Shown here: positions 10,001-18,500 of the stretch, one piece after another | Position numbering within the stretch: position 1 is the stretch's first letter | How the letters are laid out: each line of letters opens with the position of its first letter | Virus record (IMG/VR): IMGVR_UViG_3300046000_005595 | Span: 1 to 24,251 of that record | DNA: 24,251 nt | Direction: 5' to 3' (one strand) | DNA from: a virus | Lineage: Duplodnaviria > Caudoviricetes | The notes under the pieces: model-generated | The model's database searches: none | What the model was told of the DNA's origin: nothing | Seen by the model: only the letters and a program-made list of their open reading frames with translations | Program-made: the position numbers and the translations under genes

Positions 10001-10891
10001 GATTTATTTGATAACACTGGTTTTTTATTTTATGGTTTTACTAATCAAGTATTAGATGGGGATATTCTTCAACTCATATCAATAAATAATGAAGTTGGTA
10101 TTGAACAATTTAACTTACAAAATCAAAAATACTTAGGGTATTCTTATCAAAATTTAGACCCTGAAACATATTCAAATGTATTTACTGGGGGTACAAATAT
10201 TTGGGGTCCATTACCAATTACCATGCAATTTGATGATGATGGAACTAAAGTAAGATATTGTTTAAATGATGTGGGTAGATTAACAGAATCTTCACAACAA
10301 ATACCTTTTTATTTATGGGATAAAAAGGGGACAGGGTTTGGTCCATATAATGATGGTACAAAAGATAATCAATCATGGGATTATAGTAGTATACAAGTCC
10401 AACCATTACAAGGAATGACATATGGTTATAATTTAACTGGAGTTACGGATAACCCATCAGATAAATATTTATTACCACCTATCACATATACATTTAGTGG
10501 TTTAACAATAACAGGATCAACAATACCTGCTGATGAAATAGAAAATTTTTTAGAATTTGATGTTATTGAAGATACTTTTACGGATAATCATACATCATAT
10601 AACACACAATATCCTGGATTTACCTATTTATGGGTAACAGGTGGTACAGAATCTAATCCAACATCAGGTATATTATATACAAGATATGGTAGTGCGGGAA
10701 CATGGGAAACAACAAATTGGAATAACAGTATTTATTTTTTAATAAAAAAGACTGAAAATTATTATAATGGAAATAAACAAATTTTATCAACACCTTTTTT
10801 ATTTTATTTTGGTTTAAGACCAGGAAATACAGGTGTTGATAAATTTATAAAAAGATTTGGACCTTTAGGTGCATTCCCATCAACTGAATAA
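7049..10891 (+). CDS. Large putative virion structural protein; N-terminal carboxypeptidase-regulatory-like (transthyretin-type) beta-sandwich
   Basis: 1280-aa ORF in the baseplate operon. GVVVGRISVNNGLGVPNARVSIF...TNNSGDFMIWGVPIGTQTIHVD resembles that fold. It also has a central hydrophobic helical stretch plus CEEC. Function is inferred from context. Confidence 0.65.
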   Translation: MQKHRISTRIGFDQKIIVELKNDFDLLEILSLKFTQSDIYTSMCSDYGVVVGRISVNNGLGVPNARVSIFIPITEEDKEDPVISQLYPYTDISDKNENGYRYNLLPSRKQHGGHSPTGTFPDQKDVLNREEILEVYEKYYKYTVKTNNSGDFMIWGVPIGTQTIHVDTDLSDVGCFSLRPDDFIRQGIGVDSFKNEYTFKTSEDIDSLPQIVTFDQTIDVYPFWGNEELCEIGITRTDFDLSNKGIRIEPKAYLIGGTFTDIGKNSVNKNCSPRGKMGTKCDLTTKTGIVESIRFTNRKDNGYRPILENFDLNGEIDEDGSFIFSVPMNMDYLYTNEFGEQEYTNDSNKGIATSACYRFRFSLSNEGLERVRGNASYLVPNIREYDTFKDKSYSFSTNYDDYPQHAVENYILNNDGGFYYPQDYFFRLNYNKVYTVSSFQGSYFKSSSFKNKFIGLKDLVPTEENDCSSNTLTPPVNFGFKNYSFQLLISDVLLLFEHLINLLTFSLTNTVSYILHGLSDAVDFFPIKSLSKVIRKFAYRFQNSTQRKLYLINYPECEECNGENEYGTREIDDDIKYCKVGTITISGTSNETGRVLNVNNDQYDETIQYASPICSGTTLITGTSQCNKAQNFVNNQNNYVLTYTMGSTIINVGLSTVNSSSDTGFQITKYLDISNICTGYTLTFNDPQGIFNNTTTYNCDIRDKNKFESEQDTTIQIEEGCSLYDVPYNESIVETYYVGEGRTPYTEGTLPLGANIVATRLSNNDDYGLPTSYDGETYSPNTPADTDGKAYTEFSNGVFNFIPGTQNSIRIFEILKEYRRRKRVGLLFCGGIVNYGFIDNWLSGSLYFFQFKSKVRWKNESLLELNVNRTNYCKDLLYYKVSETTTGESVKRFYYRSTIANSSGTLVGNTTFSNIKRLGNPTTMVDLGPRDEFIKEVCTDETLDPSCSVVRSIGPTSFQDFGELLGLAINYRMDVEIKDGFSINDLFDNTGFLFYGFTNQVLDGDILQLISINNEVGIEQFNLQNQKYLGYSYQNLDPETYSNVFTGGTNIWGPLPITMQFDDDGTKVRYCLNDVGRLTESSQQIPFYLWDKKGTGFGPYNDGTKDNQSWDYSSIQVQPLQGMTYGYNLTGVTDNPSDKYLLPPITYTFSGLTITGSTIPADEIENFLEFDVIEDTFTDNHTSYNTQYPGFTYLWVTGGTESNPTSGILYTRYGSAGTWETTNWNNSIYFLIKKTENYYNGNKQILSTPFLFYFGLRPGNTGVDKFIKRFGPLGAFPSTE

Positions 10892-12633
10892 TGGAAAAGA
10901 AACAAATAATATTACCATCTAAAAAATTCTTTGGGTCAACAGATGAAGATTTAAATTTAAAAATAAGTTTAGATGAAACTAAAAATTTACTTAGAGAAGG
11001 TGAAAGAACTACAATTTTAGATACGTCAGTTCTTTTTACTAAAGAACGAAATGAAAGTACATATTATAAGGTTCACGGAAAATTAAAAATGGTTTTCCGT
11101 AATTTATATAGTGGGTCTACGGGATATCAACCATTGAAAAAAAATCTTTATTTAATAAATGACGATGCAATTAATTTTGACGGTTATATACCATATAATG
11201 AATTTGCATTCTTAAGAAATGATGTAAAAAGAGAAATTAACAGTCCTGTAACAACTTCTGTTCTTTCAGCTTTTACTCAAAATATAATAGTATATGGAGG
11301 AAATGAACATGTTGAAATAACACAATCAACTGCACCATATCATAATTGGAATATTTGTTTATCATATGTTTACTATGGTGATACAACATATCCTATGAAA
11401 TACACTTTAACGGGTAATACTGTTTATAGTTTTACGGCACAAGACGGGATACCATTTAGAGTAACTGAAACAAAGAAAACATATATTTTTACAAGTCCTG
11501 TTTATCATGGAATTAATGAAGGTGAATACATTGTGATATCGGGAGGTACTTTAAATAATTCGGTACCGTTATCAGGTAGAACCTTTTCGGTTATTTCGGT
11601 TGGTGACGGTTTATTTAATTCTGAAAATTATACTTTAGAAATTAATAAATCTGAAATACCTACTGGTCAAACATTATCTACAGTTATTTTAGGTAAACGA
11701 TGTGTTAATAAAAATAAATTAAATGAAACTATATCAGAATATTATGTACACAAACATAAAGTGTTAACAATGGGTGATGGTTTTGTTCTTGATAATATAG
11801 GATTTGAATCTTCTATTTGGGAAGATGAAAAAAAATTGATTTTTAAAAATAGTGCTGGTGAGAATAATAAAGTCGTTTTTAGAAATAGAATGGAATCTTT
11901 AATTTATGATTTTAAAACGCCTTTTTCATTAACAAATTTAACAAATAATTTAGGTTATTTACCTACTGATGTTTATGTATCTATTATTTTTAAAAATAAA
12001 AATGGATATTTTGATTACCCATATAAAGTTGGATATAAATTTAATTTTCATGATACGTGGGTTGATAATCATTTTAGTGGTAGTACTTCAATGGAGACAA
12101 CTGTTCCATACGGAACATTTGTTAAATCTGGAATAACTTTCACGTCTGGTTCAACAATAACAACAGGTACCACATTAATTGGTGCGTTTATTGAATACAA
12201 CAAATCTGAATTAAAAGAAAGAGTTATTAGTGAAGCGTTTCATAAATTAACATCACCTTTAAATGTTTTTGACCATAATCAAGATGATTCATCAACGTAT
12301 TCAGGTGTTTCGATTAATAATAAAGTGGGGTTATATTATCAACCACATTATAAAGTAAAACTTAGAGAACTATCACCATATATTGAAACATCAGTAACGA
12401 ATGAAATATATGGTTTACCACAAAATGCTAAATATTTTGAAAATGAGGGTTTATGGAAATGGAGAGACCTTTATGACCATGGATTTATTGACCCTGAAGG
12501 ATATGGTACAAATTATCCATTTATGAATAATATTCATTATGTTAAAAATGATATTAATTTTTATTTAAGAAATGAACAACAATACACAAATAAACAAGAT
12601 GGTTTAAAGAAAATAATAAGAATTAATTGTTAA
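10891..12633 (+). CDS. Hypothetical protein, probably baseplate/tail-associated
   Basis: 580-aa ORF with a TAATG overlap to the upstream gene, beta-rich composition and nine [ST]GxT motifs. No family recognised. Confidence 0.7.
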   Translation: MEKKQIILPSKKFFGSTDEDLNLKISLDETKNLLREGERTTILDTSVLFTKERNESTYYKVHGKLKMVFRNLYSGSTGYQPLKKNLYLINDDAINFDGYIPYNEFAFLRNDVKREINSPVTTSVLSAFTQNIIVYGGNEHVEITQSTAPYHNWNICLSYVYYGDTTYPMKYTLTGNTVYSFTAQDGIPFRVTETKKTYIFTSPVYHGINEGEYIVISGGTLNNSVPLSGRTFSVISVGDGLFNSENYTLEINKSEIPTGQTLSTVILGKRCVNKNKLNETISEYYVHKHKVLTMGDGFVLDNIGFESSIWEDEKKLIFKNSAGENNKVVFRNRMESLIYDFKTPFSLTNLTNNLGYLPTDVYVSIIFKNKNGYFDYPYKVGYKFNFHDTWVDNHFSGSTSMETTVPYGTFVKSGITFTSGSTITTGTTLIGAFIEYNKSELKERVISEAFHKLTSPLNVFDHNQDDSSTYSGVSINNKVGLYYQPHYKVKLRELSPYIETSVTNEIYGLPQNAKYFENEGLWKWRDLYDHGFIDPEGYGTNYPFMNNIHYVKNDINFYLRNEQQYTNKQDGLKKIIRINC

Positions 12634-12634
12634 A

Positions 12635-13486
12635 ATGAAATTATTAAGAAAAAATAGTGATCAGAATTTAATTTTAAATAGTGAACAAACATTTAAAACT
12701 GATTTAGGATGGGCAGATAATGCTGAGATAATGGAAAAAGAAATATTATATCAAATTATTAATCCAACTGAAAATTATGAAACTATTAGGTATTCTCATA
12801 AACCATATATGAATTCTAATAATTTTAGTCAATCAGATATATGGTTTTATTTTTATTTTGGTAAGTATTCTTATCAAACAATAAGTCCTGTTGATTTAGT
12901 TATAACTGGTGTTACATACGAACAAGATTATAGATTAATGGATATTTCATTAGAAGAAAATGCATTAATGTTAAAACAATTAAGTGAAAGTTTTTTTAGG
13001 TTAGAATTTTATAAAACATCTAATGATGAATCACCAAATATTTCTAATAGAAGATTAGTTTTTTCTAAAAATTTATCTGTACCATTAGGTGAAAAAGTTT
13101 TTTATTCAGGCACTACAAATGGTGGATCAATTCCATTTAATGATTATATATTTTTTCCTGTTTTTTTTGGGTCTAATTATAAAAATAAAGAGAATATGTA
13201 TTTTTTTTGGTTTATGGATGACACAATGTTTGATGAAACTAATTTAACTGGAAACACATTTTATATGACTGCTAAATTTTATAATTCAAAAACAGGAAAT
13301 ATATTTGATTTTACAAATAAAACAAAAACACCTAACGGTATAATAATTGAAGAAAATGATTTATATTATAAAGTAATTATAGATAGAACAAACTATACCT
13401 ATGAAATTTTTGAATTCAATGGTTCTTTAGGTAATAGAATAGGACAATCTAATAACCCGATAGTGTTTTATGAAAGATTTTTATAA
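12635..13486 (+). CDS. Hypothetical protein, probably virion structural
   Basis: 283-aa aromatic-rich ORF tightly coupled to both neighbours. No family recognised. Confidence 0.7.
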   Translation: MKLLRKNSDQNLILNSEQTFKTDLGWADNAEIMEKEILYQIINPTENYETIRYSHKPYMNSNNFSQSDIWFYFYFGKYSYQTISPVDLVITGVTYEQDYRLMDISLEENALMLKQLSESFFRLEFYKTSNDESPNISNRRLVFSKNLSVPLGEKVFYSGTTNGGSIPFNDYIFFPVFFGSNYKNKENMYFFWFMDDTMFDETNLTGNTFYMTAKFYNSKTGNIFDFTNKTKTPNGIIIEENDLYYKVIIDRTNYTYEIFEFNGSLGNRIGQSNNPIVFYERFL

Positions 13487-14598
13487 TGGAAAAAAACTCA
13501 TATAAATTATTAAGAAAAAATATACCAAAAATTAAATTACATTCTTTAACAGGACAATATTGGTATGATAATTTTAATAATTTAGTTCCTTGGACTGATT
13601 CAATAAATCTTCCACCATCAAATGGGGATTTTGTATACAATATATCAACTAACCCACCTCAAGGTTATTATGTATGGTCAGGGTCTACGTGGGTTTCTAT
13701 TAGTGAATCAACTGCAATAGGAAGTCATGAGATTCCAATATTTTTAGAATCATCAGTTGATGAAATGGGTGTTATGGTTGGGTTTGATGGAAATATACAT
13801 CAAGTTGAACAAGTATGTAATTTTTCGTACACTCAATCAGGTAACACGGTACAAGTATATAACACAGTAGATACAAGTAAAGTATCAGAAATTAATGAGA
13901 TTAATTTTACAATTGATTGGGGTGATTCAACAACAAGTACATTTACATCACATGTTGGAACAACACTAAATTCTGTAACTAAAACATATTCATCTTCAGG
14001 TGTTAAAATAGTCACAATATCACTTAACACACCATGGTTAGATTTTAAATTATCAAAAAATATAACAGTACCATCAAATATAACGATTTCAAATCCTTTG
14101 GGTACGTTTAGTGGTTTCACGATACCATTTACAACTATTACTAATCAAACGTTAGATTATATAAATAATTTAGATCATACAAGAAATAATATAACAGGAA
14201 ATACAACATTTAATTTTGCTTCGATAGGTAGTAGTAGAATTAATGAAAAAAAACTTTATGGTTCAAATACATATTCTGGTGTGATAACAGGTACTGAATC
14301 AGGATTAACATATAGTGGTTATACAATAGATGGTCTTTTCTATAAAGATTTTAGTGATGGTATAACAGTAATAACAGGATCAACATCAGGTTATACTAAA
14401 GAAGATGTTATCAATCTTGTATTAACTAGAAATGAACATTTTATTGGTTTTATTGACGAACCAACGATTTTTTCTGATATATTTGTTGAAAGAGGTAAAC
14501 AAGGTGTTTTAGAAAAAACTTTAAGATTATCTGAAATAGATAACATTGGTGAATTAAATATATATGGTAATGGATATTTTAACATAAAAAAACAATAA
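13486..14598 (+). CDS. Putative virion protein with a PKD/Ig-like domain
   Basis: 370 aa with a TAATG overlap. FTIDWGDSTT...TKTYSSSGVKIVTISL matches the PKD pattern (W-x/D-G-D-G...H/K-T-Y-x-x-x-G-x-Y-x-V-T-L). It is Ser/Thr/Gly-rich. Confidence 0.7.
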   Translation: MEKNSYKLLRKNIPKIKLHSLTGQYWYDNFNNLVPWTDSINLPPSNGDFVYNISTNPPQGYYVWSGSTWVSISESTAIGSHEIPIFLESSVDEMGVMVGFDGNIHQVEQVCNFSYTQSGNTVQVYNTVDTSKVSEINEINFTIDWGDSTTSTFTSHVGTTLNSVTKTYSSSGVKIVTISLNTPWLDFKLSKNITVPSNITISNPLGTFSGFTIPFTTITNQTLDYINNLDHTRNNITGNTTFNFASIGSSRINEKKLYGSNTYSGVITGTESGLTYSGYTIDGLFYKDFSDGITVITGSTSGYTKEDVINLVLTRNEHFIGFIDEPTIFSDIFVERGKQGVLEKTLRLSEIDNIGELNIYGNGYFNIKKQ

Positions 14599-14603
14599 GA
14601 TTT

Positions 14604-14611
14604 ATATTTAT
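14604..14611 (+). promoter_or_regulatory. Second copy of the ATATTTAT motif upstream of ORF 14638
   Basis: Same 8-mer as at 4675, located in one of the few intergenic spacers, 26 nt before the ATG. Confidence 0.25.
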
Positions 14612-14637
14612 TAATAACATATAAAAAAAATAAAAAA

Positions 14638-15555
14638 ATGGCACAAGGATCATATGGAATAATTAGACCATCAGATGTTTCACCGGAAGATGTTGAAATA
14701 TATTATCATTATGTTCCGGAAAGAACTAGTGACGTAACCGCAGAATTAAAAAGATTAAATTCATCCGATGTTTTAACACCTGTTTTTCATAACGTGAATA
14801 CAACAGATGATTCTTCCGCGCCGGATGTTGAAATATTAGGTGGATTATATAATTTAAAATTATCATCAGTAGATTTTTCAGAATTAGGTGTATATACAAT
14901 ACATATTAGACCTAAACAAATAAGAACAACTATAACTGATTGTGGTATTTTAGCATCATTACCTTCTGTTAGAGGATTAATTATTGATTTAAGTAATGTT
15001 TCAGTAACAGATAGAAATAAATTTACATCACAAGGATTAGTAGGTTATCGAATTGAATATATAAACAGTTCAGATAATAAAAAAATACCTAATTTTTATA
15101 GAATAGTTACATCTTCGTTTTATTGTACACCTATAGTTTCAAATTTAAATAGTACTAGTGATAAATCTATAAGATATCAATATAGTGAACAAGTCACATC
15201 TTTTTTATTTTTAACAGTAACACCATCATCGGCACCTTCGAATAAACCTAATACAGTACCTTTTATTGGATTACCTTCACAAAAAATTATATTAACAAAC
15301 ACTTTTTTAAATCCAACAACAATTGAAGTTGAAATGGTTGAACATGATACCACAACATTAGCTCATGCGTTATATGGTAATCAAAGTAAGGCGGTGTCTC
15401 AAGGTATCTATACGATTTATGATAATAATAACAATATATATAAACAGTATAATCTTTATGAAGTTAAGGACGAATTAAATGAAACTTTATATGAAATTCG
15501 TGAAGAAAGAACTGATATTGATGAAACTTTAAATTTTGATACTATTACTGAATAA
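14638..15555 (+). CDS. Hypothetical protein, probably virion structural
   Basis: 305-aa ORF with an A-rich leader and a TAATG overlap with the giant downstream gene. No family recognised. Confidence 0.72.
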   Translation: MAQGSYGIIRPSDVSPEDVEIYYHYVPERTSDVTAELKRLNSSDVLTPVFHNVNTTDDSSAPDVEILGGLYNLKLSSVDFSELGVYTIHIRPKQIRTTITDCGILASLPSVRGLIIDLSNVSVTDRNKFTSQGLVGYRIEYINSSDNKKIPNFYRIVTSSFYCTPIVSNLNSTSDKSIRYQYSEQVTSFLFLTVTPSSAPSNKPNTVPFIGLPSQKIILTNTFLNPTTIEVEMVEHDTTTLAHALYGNQSKAVSQGIYTIYDNNNNIYKQYNLYEVKDELNETLYEIREERTDIDETLNFDTITE

Positions 15556-18500
15556 TGGCGAATAGAAAAGTACCAAATCAAGCGGCCAATGGGTCAGAAA
15601 CATTTAATGATAATTTAGTTGGAAGACAAATTACTACAGGTAGTCCTTCGCTTGCTAATACTGTATTTGAAATAGATAAAGTTATACCAGAAAAAGATGA
15701 AAAATCTTTTAGGTCTGAACCATTTTCAGAATTTATAACTTTAGAGGACATCAATAAAAAAGAAAATATTGATGTAATTGAACCAACAGGACAAAAAAAT
15801 AAAAAAAATTCAATTCGTTTTAAAACAAATAAAAGAAATGCAGATAAATCTTTATTTGGTTCATTAAAAGAAAGATTATTAGTATCGATAACTAAAATAA
15901 TAAATAAATTTCCTAGTGGATTTGAAATAAATGCATCTGGTCCAATTTCGAATAATTCATATTCTGCATATAATATAACATATGATTATGGTTTAAATAG
16001 AACAACTTTTTATATTCAAGAAAGTAAAATTTTTAATCCATTTGATATTTCATTAATCACACCTAATAGTTTAATAAAGTCACCTACAGAAAATGAGATA
16101 AGAAATTTTTATTCATCATATACGAAATATGTTATATTAGTTAATAATGAAAATTATCCAATAATTAATTATACTGAATCAAATTCATCTAATGAAATAA
16201 TCTTAGTTGTCAATGGAAATCCATTTAATTCAGAAACATCATATAATAAAAATTTTATAATCCGGCCTAATGATGGTATAGTTGAAGATTTTTTTTCTGA
16301 TTTAGATGATATTGAAGAATCTCTTTTGAATAGAGAAACTGTACCAATTTATTCTTCTAGATTTGAAATACCTTCAAATAGTGATGATGGTTCAAGTATA
16401 ACATTACAAAATGTTGAATATAATTGGCCATTATCTAGTGATGGGTGGAATATTGCTATTACAGGTTTAGAATTTGAAACATATGTTGAAAATTTAAAAA
16501 CAATATCAGATGAAGTGGATAACTATAAATCAAACATTATGGTTAGATTTTTATCCTCCCCTCAATTGTTTGAATTTGATACGGAAGATAAAAGAGCACA
16601 AAATGTTTTTCAATTATATGGGCAAAGTTTTGATAATGTAAAAAAATATATTGATAATATAGCTTATATGAGAAATGTAAGTTATGATGGGATTAATAAT
16701 TTACCTGATATTTTATTAAAAAATTTATCAGAAAATTTAGGTTTTTCGACGACTAATTTATTTGATGAAAAAACATTAAACGATGTTTTATATACTAGAT
16801 CAATCTCATCTTATGAAGGTTCACCAATAGGATTAAATTTAGTAGAATCTGAATATGAATTTTATAAAAGGTTGTTAGTAAATTTATCTTTTATTTTTAA
16901 ATCTAAAGGAACCAGATCTTCAATTGAATTTTTTTTAAAATTTTTAGGTGCACCTGAACCATTAATAAAGATTGATGAATATGTTTACCAAGTAACATCA
17001 TTTCCTAATAGTTTTGATTTAGAACAAGACATTTATGATGTTATTTCAGGTGAAAAAAAATATTATGTTGCTGAATTTAACCCAACCACATATTCATATA
17101 CAAAATCTGAAACTAATGGTATAACAAATTTCAGTAGATATGGTTATCCTGTTGATGAAAATACTGGTTTACCTAGAAGGGCTTTTAGTGAATCTGATGA
17201 TATTTTCTTTGAAAAAGGTGCTGGGTGGTATGATGTAACTCTTGACCATCGTTCACCAACAGTTATTGATAATGAAAATTCAGATTTAACAGGTAGAACT
17301 AAAATTATTAAAACAAAAAATAAGGATTACACTTATGGTGAAGATTATTTTGATATATACAGAACATTACCTGGATTAGATACGGGTTTCGGTTTAAAAT
17401 CTGAAATTGATAATATAAAAGCACATAATATTGATAGTGATTCTAAATTAATTCTTAATAGAAAAAATATTTCAATACATATTTCTGCGTCTAATTCTAT
17501 AAATTATGACATATATAGGAAATCGAGAGATTTAGGAATTTCTTTTGGTAGTGCTACTTTACCTCCACAAACAGGTGTTACTTTTGCTGAATTTGTGAAT
17601 AATTTTATACACAAACAAGTGAAAAATTCACACATAATAAGGTATAAGAAAAATTATATAGTTCTTGAAGATATATACAGAGATTATGTTTCAAAGGCTG
17701 GATTTACGTCTTTTACCTTTATTGATTCTCAAGAGTTTGTGAATAAAATTAGTCCATATTGGGTTAAATTAATTGAACAATTATTACCATCAACAACATT
17801 ATGGAGTGGTGGTAATTTAATTGAAAATAATGTATTTGGTCGTTCTAAATATCAGTATAAATTTGGGTGTCAACCTAAATATTTTTATGAAGAAGTATAT
17901 CCAGATTTTGAATCTGCAATTATTGAAGATATTGAAACATTAATTGGTGAAGAAGAAAATTTTAGAGGTTTAATTAATTTAACAGGAGTTACGTTTTATC
18001 CTGTAATAGAAATTGATAGTAAAATATTTGGTGGTCCGAATTATGATATGTTGACTGACGATATGGTTGTTGTTGTTAGTGGAATAACAAATACAACGAA
18101 TAGTGCTAAACTATTCAACCCATTCCCGATGACAGGTAGTACTGATTTGATTAGTAACGATCCGATAAACATTGCGTTAATTTCTGAATATAAAAATTAT
18201 TTAAATACTGATTTAAATAAAATAAAAAGTTTATGGGTGAGGGCGTTAATTAATTTAATTAATTCTATGACAATATCTAGAAATACGTCTGGATATGAAA
18301 ATTATGGACCATTTACAGGAACAACGGGTCAAACATATAGTGTTGAAACTTTACCAATGTTAACATATTCTATAACAATAGGTGAAAATGGTATTGAATT
18401 GATTAAATTTTCATCTTGTAAATACGGTATTGAAGATTGTTCAGTAAAAGATTATTTTAGTTATAGATTTGAAACTGATTATCAAATAATTAAATTAACA

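Noticed and set aside
2996-14585. Short alternative ORFs (2996-3331, 3860-4198, 5792-5986, 6089-6352, 7230-7430, 7603-8037, 13449-13640, 13833-14120, 14391-14585)
   Set aside because: All lie within long, well-supported plus-strand genes and show no recognisable motifs. They are expected antisense or off-frame by-products.
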